From the NCBI GenBank assembly GCA_951406725.2, contig OX597821.1, positions 72,292,001 through 72,356,000 of the forward strand: a DNA stretch of 64,000 bases. Direction: 5' to 3'. The notes under the pieces are model-generated. The model was given only the letters and a program-made list of their open reading frames with translations, did not search any database and was not told where the DNA came from. Each line of letters starts with the position of its first letter. Within the stretch, counting starts at the first letter, position 1. Position numbers and translations under genes: made by a program. Below, in pieces: positions 52,490 to 64,000 of the stretch. The DNA comes from Octopus vulgaris. Lineage: Eukaryota.

Positions 52490-55379
52490 TATTACTTTGG
52501 TTAACTTCAAATATAGCATTATTACACTTGAGGAAAAACAAATACCATGATACACTTTTACGTCTGTCTTCAAAACTCAACAAGCTTTAATCACTCAAGC
52601 TTTAATCACTCATTGATGAATGCTGCAGATTATGAATAGTCAGACAAAAAACTCAAAAACAGTTTAAGACTAATCTTCCTCATTTCTTCTTTAACAATCA
52701 ACCACAAATATTGTCTTTATGATGCCAAGCTACTAACCATCTTAACGATCTCTATTAATTAGCTGGTTGTGACTTGTCAAGTATTATAAATGAATTCAAG
52801 ACCCAGCAAGCGCAGTTATCGGTTATAAGTTGCCACTTCTAATTTCATGCTTCCCTCCTCACTATATGCAATGTCACACACTTCTATTTTAAGTAAAAGT
52901 TGTGCAGATTATCTGGTGATTACAGCTTAACTCGGATAATACTAGGGCAATTGAAATGTAGAGATTGACAATCAGAGATAATACAGGATAGAAAAGAACT
53001 TGATCTTACCACGGGAATGACCCTGGTATTGCAGTAAAACACACCCAGAACACAATTTGATACAGTTAGTGTTAGGAAGAGTATCCAGCTATAGAAACTA
53101 TACCAAAATAGAATACACAAGCAAGAGGTGGCCCCCTGATCCTCTAGGAGGGTAGTTATTTTCAATGTCTCTCAGAGAGAGCAGTTTAGAACTGCCTTGA
53201 ACCATGATGGCCTACCCCCAAAACATCATAAAAAGTGAACGTAAAATGATACAGTAACAAGTTGCAAACAGAAGATTTATAAAAATTCCGTAAATGATTT
53301 ATTTCATGATTTTTTTTTTAAAGGAACACACCAAGTACACCTTAAGTATACTTCACTGATATACGTGCTACACACACACAGAATAATAAAAGTAAATGAA
53401 TCCCATGATAGATTTGGTGAAGGGAATCCAGTTGCTCAATCAACTGAACTACCAACTCATTGAATTATAATGTCAGTGATATTCCAGACTCTTGTATTCT
53501 TTAAAATAATCCACACATGACAAGTGCGAAACTATGCAGCAGGGGCCTGCAAGTCAGCTTACATTGCCTTACAAACACTTGTGCTGGTGGTACATGAAAA
53601 AAAACATTTGAGCAAGGTCGTTGCCAGTACCACCTGACTGGCCCTCATGCCGGTGGCACGTAAAAGCACCCACTACACTCTCGGAGTGGTTGGCGTTAGG
53701 AAGGGCATCCAGCTGTAGAAACTCTGCCAGATCAGACTGGAGCCTGGTGCAGCCATCTGGTTCACCAGTCCTCAGTCAAATCATCTAACCCATGCCAGCA
53801 TGGAAAGCGGACGTTAAACGATGATGATGATGATGACTTAGCAGCTTTCAATTGCAGTCAAGACAAAGATGTAATGATACATAGAAAAATAATGACAAGA
53901 CCTGCATCGGGACAACCATCTGCTGCTGTCAGAATCTGTCTAAATCATGGCAACAAAGAAAATGCAGATGACATTAAGCCCCCCATATGAGCTGATATAC
54001 TACAGTAATAAACAACACATAAAAGAACATATCCTAAATACCAAGGCATGTACTGGATCAAGTGCTAGACTTACCACTGTTACCACCACAAACAGCAAGC
54101 TGTCTCGCAAAATACAACATTTTCCTTGTAAAATAGTTCTTATAACAAATCAAATTCCGGTAAACTACTTTATCAATTCACCAATGTTGCTTACAAGACA
54201 GCATAGGCAATTTCTTTTGAGAATTGCTTTCAGATGACACAGAGAGAGACAAACATATCTTGTTCTAAGATGAAGTAAAAAGCCCAGACCAAGAATAGAA
54301 ACTGCAAGCTGACAAACCATAAACAAACTAAACAGCATTTTTCTCTCATTGATGCAATAAGACCAGAAGACAGAATCAAGAGGGTTGGAATCATTGTCAA
54401 AGCAAGTTGTGCTATATAAATGGTGATTACTCTTCAGGTATTTCTTTCTCAGACATGACAATGGCTGAGAAGAAGCTTGCTTCTCGGCCACATGGTTTCA
54501 AGTCCAGTTTCATTATGCAGCACCTTGAGTAATGCGGCAAGCTGGCAGAACCATTAGCACGCTGGGCGAAATGCGTAGCCGTATTTCGTCTGCCATTACG
54601 TTCTAAGCTCAAATTCTGCTGAGGTCGACTTTGCCTTTCATCCTTTCAGGGTCGATTAAATAAGTACCAGTTACGCACTGGGGTCGATATAATCGACTTA
54701 ATCCATCTGTCTGTCCTTGTCTGTCCCCTCTGTGTTTAGCCCCTTGTGGGTAGTAAAGAAATAGGTATTCTTTTAACAGTTCTGTAAGTTTTCCAGATGC
54801 AAGGAAATTTGGGGAAAGATTCTTGCACATCTTTAAAAGCCTAACTGGCAAACTGTTGCTAAGTTGCAAGCAGCTGTTGCCTGTTTCCTGTGTGGATCTG
54901 CAGTATTAAAGAACTCATCAGGTTTTATTCATTTGTACACTGAACTGCAAAAGAAATGCGAGACATGTGTGACTGTGAAATACATTTTAATTTCATTATG
55001 GCATGTTAAGCACACCATTCGAGCGTGATCGTTACCGCGTCGCCTTACTAGCACTTCTGCTGGTGGCACGTGAAACATTCGACCGAGGTCGTTGCCAGTA
55101 CCACTGGACTGGCTCCTGTGCAGGTGGCACGTAAAAAGCACCATTTGGGCATGGCCATTGCCAGTACCACCAAACTGGCCCTTGTGTCGGTGGCACGTAA
55201 AAGCACCCACCACACTCTCGGAGTGGCTGGCGTTAGGAAGGGCATCCAGCTGTAGAAACTCTGTCAGATCAGATTGGAGTCTGGTTTGCCAGACCTCAGT
55301 CAAATCATCCAACCCATGCTAGCATGGAAAGCGGACGTTAAATGATGATGATGATTATGTCAGAGATAAATTTTGATAA

Positions 55380-56110
55380 GTCTGATGAAGTCAATTTCTT
55401 GGATGCACTTTGAGCACAGTCTACGGGTCGTTGTCATCGAGATTGTAGGGCATGATGTTCAATATCATGTATGAATTCACTGGATGTTCAAAACGGCCAT
55501 ACACCATCGGTACATGGAGTGCATGAGGTGGTTCACAAAAGCCACTGGTACCTGTGCCCACACCCTGAGGAAAGCTGCCTCCAGTTCCACTCGAATTGTC
55601 AGCCTTGGGAACACCTGGTTCAGCCATCTCTGGATTTCATCCCACAGGTGTTCAATTGGGTTCAAATCAGGGCTGAGAGCTGGCCATGGCATGGTTCTGA
55701 CGATGTGCTGATGCAGGAAGTCCATGGTGCCCCTGGCTGTGTGGGAGGGAGCATGTCCTGCTGAAACTCGTGACTATGGTGATGCACGAAGAAGGGCACA
55801 GTATAAGATCTTAGGATCTGGTCAACAATGTGCTGCTCTGTGATGCCATTCCCTCTGCCTGCACCAACACTTTGGAACACGTGGGGCCCAATTCCCTGAT
55901 TCAGGTCTATAGCACCCCAAACCATGATGCTTTGGCCACTTCATGTCTCTCTCTAGGACACATGCGTCTCTGTACAATTCACCCCTCCTACACCACACCC
56001 TCACTGCCATCCAAGATAGAAACACAGTACCGACTCTCATCATAGAAGACCACTGACTTCCTGCAATGTTGGTGCTGTGAAGCCCACTGCAGTCGTGCAG
56101 ACATATTGGA
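55380..56110 (-). mobile_element. Tc1-type (DD34E) transposase fragment
   Basis: WPALSPDLNPIEHLWDEIQR, MVWGAI, RVWCRRGE; frameshifted. Confidence 0.85.
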
Positions 56111-57368
56111 CATATTGTTATTTCTTTATTGCCCACAAGGGGCTAAACACAGAGAGGATAAACAAAGACAGACAAAGGGATTAAGTCGATTATATCGACC
56201 CCAGTGCATAACTGGTACTTAATTTATTGACCCCGAAAGGATGAAAGGCAAAGTCGACTTCAGCGGAATTTGAACTCAGAACGTAGCGGCAGACAAAATA
56301 CTGCTAAGCATTTTGCCCAGCGTGCTAACAGTTCTGCCTATATTGGACACATTGTGCTAATGTTTCACTCCCGCCTCTGTTGAATCCTCAGCAGCATTTT
56401 TGCTGATGGTGGACACTTTTGATGTGTTTGTTGACTGTAAACATTCTGTATCTTGTTTTCTCAAGGTTCTAGATTGCTGGTACAGGGGTAGGATGACTTG
56501 GCAGGGAGCTGCAAAGCTGTGCCAAGCTTCAATGTCTTCTTTGGCATGGTTTCTTTCTATGACTGGATGTTGCCCTTCTTAATACCAACCACTGTACAAA
56601 GTGTGTCACCAGCACTGATGAGGTTGCCAGGTAACTTGCAACACAGAACAGAACGGAGAAAAAGGAAAAGGGGGGAAAGCTCTGAAATACTAAGAGGAAG
56701 TATTTGGGAGAAGCTGGAGGGTGGTGGCTGTAGGCCAGGTGTTGAAGGGCAAAAGTATGAGAGAGAAAGACAAGTGCATACGTCTTGCAATAGAGATTTA
56801 TGGCTGAAGGAGATAAGAGGAAGGTAGCAAAGTCTCAAGGAACAAGAAGGTGATAAGACATGGCTGGTGGATCATTGGAGGGAGGGAAGGAGGGAATATT
56901 TTCACAAGAATGGGGAGGAGTAAACAGGGGGAGTTAGAGGTTAATGTAGCGAGTAATGAACAAGGGTGGGCGTGCAGATGACGGGATATACCAGAAGGGT
57001 CAGGTGGGGGAGATATAGGAGTGGATCGGAAAGGAAAATAAAAGAGAAAGCCATAGAATGACGTGCAAAGTGTAGATTCCACGAAGAAGGAGATATAGGG
57101 GTACATAAGAGACTAAAATAAATGGATAATGATGAAAGACACGGGAGGTCATTGAGAACAGCAGATGCAAGGTGATTGACAGTATTAATCAATACAGAGA
57201 CTGTTAAAAATATCTATTGGTTTTGGTACTTTTTGTATTATCTACTCTGAAATTTATTGATAATATTGATTTCATAAGGCAATTCATTCAACTATGTCAA
57301 CAAACCTTCAACAGATGAAACCTAATGTCTAAGTCAAATCTATATATATATATATATATATAGATATA

Positions 57369-57576
57369 TAAGTAATACTATATAATTAGGTTCACCACAC
57401 ACCGAAGTTTAGAAATAGCAGTCAAAATCTTAGCTATTCCTTCTACTTTAAAGGGAGTTCCCAGAAAACCAAAACTTTAAAGTAGAAGGAATAGCTAAGA
57501 TTTTGACTGCTATTTCTAAACTTCGGTGTGTGGTGAAGCTAATCATTGCTGAACCTTAATTATATAGTATTACTTA
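57369..57576. repeat. Palindrome with a 63-bp perfect core
   Basis: 57391-57453 versus 57475-57537, plus outer arms TAAGTAATACTATATAATTA. Confidence 0.9.
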
Positions 57577-57686
57577 AACTTACCATAAAATGGTCTTTTT
57601 CATGCGGAATTCTCTCTTGGTGAAATTACTAATTATTTCTTAATTAATTTCACCCTTTGTTATTATATATATATATATATATATAT

Positions 57687-58594
57687 TGTTACGAAATCCA
57701 CCTGCCGTCACTCAAACTCTTCGGAAAACCCGGGACCCTACCAAGTCGAGCGACGATGATCGACCGGCCCGATCGATCGATGAACTCGCCACGGACCCGG
57801 AGAGAGAGAATTCGGTGGGGGAAAGTGGCAGCGGCGAACCCAGCAACCGGAGATAACAACAACAACAACAGGAAGAGACACAAAGAGAGAAGGCGGAAGG
57901 CAATTGGCTACATTTAACAACAGTAGTTTATAACAATTATTACATCAAATAAAATGTGATACATGAAAACAACAAATCAAAGCATGCAGGTACAGTTCAG
58001 ATCAATTTAAAACAAATAACGTTCACATTATAGTTCAGAGACAAATCAGTTGTACATTAACGATACAGTTCAAAGTTCTTTAAAGTCTTTCTCCTTCTCT
58101 CTTTCTTTTCAACAACTCTTTTACTTAATTCACAATGTCTTTACACAGTTCTTTCTTTTTCCTCTTTTTTCAATACATCAATTCTTTTACATTTCAATAA
58201 TTCTTTTTCCTTCGTTAACACATATCAAAACATAAATAAACATACCGTTACGAGCTACTACAATAGCCAGTGCCCTCATACCGTAGTCCCTCTCTCTTAG
58301 CTCCGTAATACTATCTGCCTGTCTTCCTCTTTCACATTCACTGTCATCCCTCACATTGTCTGTCTGTCTTTCTCAACTGACCGCCGTCGTATCACTCCCG
58401 TCTCTGCCAGAACTGCTGGCCGACTGTTTTAAACTCACAGCTCGTTCGCTTTTTATAGGGTAGCTTCCTCGAACTTTCTTTGACCGGCACAAGGCCAAAG
58501 GTCTCCCCAAAAGCCATCACTCTCTCCAGAATCTGACGGGACAAAGGATTTACTCGCCTGCTTGACGCCAGCTCACAAAAAGTCGGTCGCAACC
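57687..58594 (-). mobile_element. Solo-LTR-like element
   Basis: Termini TGTTACGA / TCGCAACC (imperfect inverted TG..CA type), minus-strand TATAAAAA at 58450-57, CpG-rich; no TSD identified. Confidence 0.4.
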
Positions 58595-59644
58595 CTTTTC
58601 TCTTTAACTTGTTTCAGTCATTTGACTATGGCCATGATGGAGCACCGGCTTTAGCCAAGCAAATCGACCCCAGGACTTATTCTTTGTAAGCCTAATACTT
58701 ATTTTATCGGTCTCTTTTGCCAAACCGCTAAGTTACGGGGACGTAAACACGCCAGTATTGGTTGTCAAGCGATGTTGGGGGGAACAAACACAGACACAAA
58801 CATACATTCATATATATATATATATATATGACCCCCACACACGTGGACAAACAAACAAAAGGGAATGCAGTGTAAATAACAGACAGAGTCAAGACTATTG
58901 AAAAGATTGCAACACGCAACGAAAATTTTAGAAAATAAAAATAAGAAATAAGTGGAAATTTTACCAGTGAGTGTGTTAAATAATAAGGCACTAAAAGAGA
59001 ATGACTCTCTCCAGGCACAAGTATATATATATATATCATCATCATCATTTAATGTCTGTATGGGTTGGACAGTTTAACCAGTTTAACTCTTGTCTGAATT
59101 GACATGGTTTCTATGGCTGGATGCCCTTTCTAACACCAACCACACCAAGAGTGTAATGGGTGCTTTTACGTGCTACCAACACCAGCATCTGCCATGACTA
59201 CAATTTCACTTGGCTTCATGGACCTTCTTCTCAAGCATGGCAAAATGCCAAAGATCTCGGTCATTTGTCATTGCCTCTGTGAGGCCCACAACTCAAAAAA
59301 TGCTTTTTATGTGCCACCAGCATCAGCCACCTTGCCTCTGTGACACCCAACACTCAAAAGGTGCCTTTTACGAGCCACTGGCATGGGTGCCAGTTATGTG
59401 ATACCAGCATCAGCCACCACTACAATTTTACTTGGCTTGGCGTGTCTTCTCAAGAACAGCATATCGCCAAAGGTCTCAGTCACTAGTCATTGCTACTATG
59501 AAGCCCAAAGTTCAAAGGTCATGCTTCACCACTTCATCCCATGTCTTCCTAGGTCTACCACTACCACAGGTTCCCTCCACAGAGATTGGCACTTCTTGAC
59601 ACAGCTGTCCTCATCCATATGCAGGTATTTCTTTACACAGCTAC

Positions 59645-59699
<55 letters not shown>

Positions 59700-59769
59700 T
59701 GTTTGTACTCCACCTGCCTTCGTCTTTTGTTTATTTTCGTAAACCTGCCATATATATATGTGTGTGTGT

Positions 59770-60075
59770 GGAGGCGTAATGGCTCAGTGGTTAGGGCAGT
59801 GGACTCGCGGTTGTAGGATCACGGTTTCGATTCCCAGACCGGGTATTGTGAGTGTTTATTAAGCGAAAACACTTAAAGCTCCATGAGACTCTGGCAGGGG
59901 TGGTGGCGATCCCTGCTGTACTCTTTCACCACAACTTTCATTCTTTCTTCTGTTGGCCTGCTCGCTTAGCCAGTGGGGTGGTGTCATTTGAAGGCTAAAA
60001 CAATGCGAAGAACATTGTGACCAGCGATGTGTAGCAATATCTGATAGCCTGGTCGGTCATGGTGATCATGGTGAT
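59770..60075 (+). mobile_element. tRNA-derived SINE, same family as 15136
   Basis: TGGCTCAGTGG / GGTTTCGATTCC and a colinear body. Confidence 0.8.
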
Positions 60076-60082
60076 ATATATA

Positions 60083-60893
60083 TGCTGATGTACCCGGTAA
60101 TTCTTGGTTCCATTCTCATAATTGTTTCACTATTCCAATAACAACAATACAAAGTATGTAGCTCTTAAAACGGTTTTTGTGCATTTACAGAGAATATCAA
60201 ACGGTCTTGCACAGAATCTTGCTTTTAGGAATTCCTAATAAGTTATGACTACCCAATTGTGAAGTCAGTTCTGTAATAAAATGGAATTAGTTACCCGATA
60301 GTAAGAATTCAAATAAAGTAGCCCTGAAAAGGGCTTTAATGTGTTCCCAGAGTATATAGAACATAAGAGGGAATACTAATAAGATACATATACAAAAATT
60401 GTGAAGCATGTTACATAATAACAGGCTAATCAGATATGAGATAATAACAATTCAAAGTAAATAACTCTGAAAAGGACTTTTGTGCATTCCCAGAGAATAT
60501 TACCCTCAGGGGCGCTAGTGTTGGTATATTCGTGAATAAGTCACTAACCGAAATAAGTGGATCTATTGTTTAGGAAAATGCTATTTACTTGTTTAAGTGT
60601 TATGCTGGATAAATTGTGAAAATAACTAACAGTTCAAATACTAAGAGATAAGCATACTCAATTAAGTTAGGAAAATGAATGGGTTGTTTTCCTTGGCTAT
60701 ATATAAGGATCCCCTCCAGGGGCCCTACTATCGATTTTTTTTTTTCAACAATCTGAGTATGACATGTGGTTTCCAGACACGAGTTTTACTCATGTCACGC
60801 TTCATCAAAATCGGCAAAATGATGCAGGAGTTAGCTAACAACTCCACAAACACACCCACAGACCGAATTTCCCATACATGTAGTATATATAAT
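60083..60893 (-). mobile_element. Helitron-like element with three diverged internal repeats
   Basis: Ends resemble the 17763 type; motif CAAAGTA..CT(G/T)AAAA..CAGAG(A/T)ATAT recurs at about 60150, 60310 and 60455. Confidence 0.45.
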
Positions 60894-61161
60894 CAAAATA
60901 AGCAACAAGTATATCTTCAGTAATTTGGTACGATCATTTCATGCTACTTCATTTTATTAAACATTGTAAGTATTACATCAGTTTTAAAATGTTGAGCAAT
61001 CTTCAGCCATTTATAGAAGTCTTCTATCAAACGGACAATACATATACTTATTTTGATTATAATCACACCATGGATTTATATGGATAATACCATACAAAAT
61101 TCTGGTGCCTCTGACTTAAGTACCATATTCATTTGAATCTAAATTTTGCTGAACTTATATA

Positions 61162-61199
<38 letters not shown>

Positions 61200-62587
61200 G
61201 TACAGAGAGAGAGGGGGGCAGACAGACAAGAATCTACCACAGTAAAAGGCAAGTTGGTTCTTTGTTTGATGACCATAAAAGATAATGGCATAGTTGACCA
61301 TGGTGATATTTGAATGCTGTAACAAATACTACAAGCCATTCTCTAGATACTATCAACTCAGTTAACACTTCTATTTTGGTAGCAGGAAAAGAACATAAGG
61401 TGGGCAGTCATACATTTATTAACTATAGGCAGAGTAGCATAACACTTATAGCTCCATTGTATTGAACCTCATCAGGACATAAGTCACAGAGACAGACCAT
61501 GAAATATAAAAGTACTACAATTTACAACTAAGGCATTGGTCAGTGGTGGTTGAACTATTATGGTTAGTCATGGAAATGTAAAAAAAGAATGAATTAATCC
61601 TCTGTTTGTGTAAATCTAAATGTAAAAAGAAATCACATACCTTTGTCAACAATTAATCTTTACTCGTGATTGTGATTAATTCAACTGTAATGTAAATACA
61701 GTTTTATAATTGAACTGAAAAAATATTATTCAGCAAAGTTAAAAATAAAATCTCAGAAAATGACTGTCCTTCTACGGTTAACAATAATCCTTTGGTTGTT
61801 ACTGAATGATGTCTCTATAAATAGTAATAATCCTTTATTTCTCTTTCCCTCTGTCTTTGAAATTTACCCTCTCATGACAACGCAAGTAACAGGCAGAGTT
61901 GGTGCACCACACATTTCCCTTCAGACCAGTGTCCCTAAATAGGGGCCAGCAGAACACAAGGGTCATATTTCAGAGCATTGGTGATTTTAGACTCGGCACC
62001 ACCCTTGTGTGGGCTGGTTGTGAGTACCAGGACTAAAAGTATATGGTCAGCAGGACAGACCTGAATGGCCATACAATTCATAACAACACCCCCACCCCAC
62101 CCAGACAACTGTGCTATTCTGGAGCTGCAAAAGCCAGAAGAGAGGGAGAAAGTAGTGGACAGCCATAGAGCCAACAAGAGGAGCAGATCCTAGAAACTAC
62201 TTCCAGGGCATCACTGGTCACAGTTCCAACGATAGCCAAAGAAATTCATCTTGCCTTGAATCACAGAAGGTAATAAAGAAGCCAAGGAGTCTGCTTCCAG
62301 TTGTATTACTCCATCATCTTGTAACAAGACAGACTAGGAACAGGTGGTGCAAACTTCCACAGACCATAAAAAGACGAAGGGAAAAAGTAATCCGCCGCTC
62401 CCCCCGCCAAAAAAAAATAAGTGAACTTATGGGAAAGACTGGCAAAATGTCCTAGGATTTTCACTGGGCTTTGTATAATAAATGAAGACAGTTCTTTGCA
62501 CAGCAAATGAAGAACTGATGAAGGACTTAAATAACACAGGAACATTTAGGGAAAGAAAACGCTCAGATATGGAAGATAGGAAACTTG

Positions 62588-62852
62588 GGCATTCTTTCGA
62601 TAGAACTCGACAAAATCAAAACATTTCACTTTCGGTATTTCCGTGGGTTGTGGAGTATAGCGAGATTATGCCAGCAATGTCTCATTTTAAACTTGAAGAA
62701 AAAAAAGCCTTGCATATTTGTTACCTGTTTCATGTGTGTATGTAAAATCCGCAAATTTCCAAGCAGAAAACAGAATCGAACTGTCATTTGCTTCCACGGA
62801 AATACGCGAAGTGAAATGTTTTGATTTTGTCGAGTTATATCGAAAGAATGCC
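62588..62852. repeat. MITE-like element with ~60-bp inverted arms
   Basis: GGCATTCTTTCGATAGAACTCGACAAAATCAAAACATTTCAC.. versus ..GTGAAATGTTTTGATTTTGTCGAGTTATATCGAAAGAATGCC. Confidence 0.8.
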
Positions 62853-63338
62853 GAAACTTGAAGATAAGCTGCTCATAAAAAATATCGTTTGTGGGTTACA
62901 ACAATCACAAGAGACGTAGGCCCTTTCTTGCCTATTCTAACACGGGTATTTTCATGGAAAATAGTATTCAGTACGTAGAAGAAATGCAAAAGGGAGATGC
63001 TCAATGATGTGGAAAAACTTGATCCCACCCAGGAGGGAATGAATCTCTCCTAAATTCCATCTCTTTTGTGTATATGTACAATCATTTAACTAGTGTAATT
63101 TCTTTGGAGACGTCTTCCTTAATTTTTTAACATGCCAATTTGTCTAGTATAATGTCTTTACTGTTCCTCGTTTTTCTATAACTTTCTTTTGCGTATCCCC
63201 ATGTATTTTGTAACACTGTAGACGCTTTGATGCAAGAATGAATGAGCCTGGGTGGTAAATAAAACTGAAACAATGTAGTAATAGTAGTAGTCTGCTCCGA
63301 TTACTGAGGTCGGTCGGAACGTATCCGAACGGGTTTAC

Positions 63339-63480
63339 CTATAAGAGCACCGACGGCCTCTTCTGTCCAAAAGTGTTATTGTCCTACGAGGAACAACTAC
63401 TTTAAAGTTCGATTCGAGCCTTCGACGAGGAAGCCAAAACATCTTCAATTTGAAATGAACTGCAGCGCGTATAAGTTTTT
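63339..63480 (-). promoter_or_regulatory. Candidate first exon / CpG-rich promoter of TM9SF4
   Basis: Local CpG enrichment at 63295-63750 and donor AG|GTAAAC at 63338; the ATG exon has an acceptor, so an upstream exon is expected. The 5' boundary is a guess. Confidence 0.4.
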
Positions 63481-64000
63481 TTGTTGTTGTTGTTTGTCTG
63501 CTGTATAATGCGTTCTTACACAGACGAATAAAATAAACAAGAAACATTCAAATCAGAGGGAAATATATGGAACATACGAGTTGAAATTGCGAACGTTAGT
63601 GGAGAAAGCTTAAAATAGTCTCCTTTGACTTAATACTTAAATTGTTTATAACCGATTCATATAATAAAACTGCCACATCACAACTTGAAAAAAAAAAGCA
63701 GAAATTAATTAAAAGACGTCTATGTGTCGGACGTCGTTTCGACTTTTTAATTTTTCTTTAATAAAGCGAAGTTGTTGGCAACTTAAAGTAAAAACTTCAC
63801 TTCAACATTGGCAAATCAGATGATTATGTGGAGTGTATTTTTTTTACCTGAAATGTCTATAAAATGATATCTATAAAGGAAAAAAATACGGACCACCTAA
63901 AGGTAAACTCTAGCAAAAATAAAAAGATAAATTGTAAGTTTTTTTTAATAAATTCCTGTATTTTTACTTATTTTAAGTTAAATACTTCACTTTGAACAGT

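Noticed and set aside
56613-56650. CTGATGAG plus hairpin as a hammerhead
   Set aside because: No GAAA after the stem and no stem I or III.
57408-57422. Resemblance of TAGAAATAGCA to the sgRNA scaffold
   Set aside because: Only a short GAAA-loop hairpin motif; no other scaffold sequence; the scaffold junction is synthetic.
57689-57883. Signal-peptide-like ORF (LFLLLLLLSPVAG) as the TM9SF4 N-terminus
   Set aside because: Non-ATG start, poly-Leu comes from a (TTG)n repeat, and the exon at 46733 already encodes a signal peptide.

Overview
AT-rich, repeat-dense animal genomic DNA; the SINE/LINE complement and (CAT)n/(TA)n microsatellites resemble an octopus (cephalopod) genome (inference). The one host gene is a TM9SF4 (nonaspanin) orthologue on the minus strand. 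I traced 16 GT-AG coding exons from the ATG at 46733 down to 2428; they join in frame (1451 nt, 483 codons + 2 nt) and the 3' end lies left of the window. Introns hold RTE-clade LINE fragments and many copies of their 3' UTR, tRNA-derived SINEs, Tc1/mariner, piggyBac and Helitron relics, MITEs and long palindromes. Main observations: (1) two Penelope-type minimal hammerhead ribozyme folds, one with a canonical core (9357-9417) and one with a compensatory G3-C8 core that is only visible after removing a piggyBac insertion (42287-43419); (2) a PHD-type zinc finger inserted inside the RT domain of the RTE LINE; (3) a dead duplicate of a TM9SF4 exon and a stop-free in-frame intron. All calls come from manual reading; no searches or folding were run.
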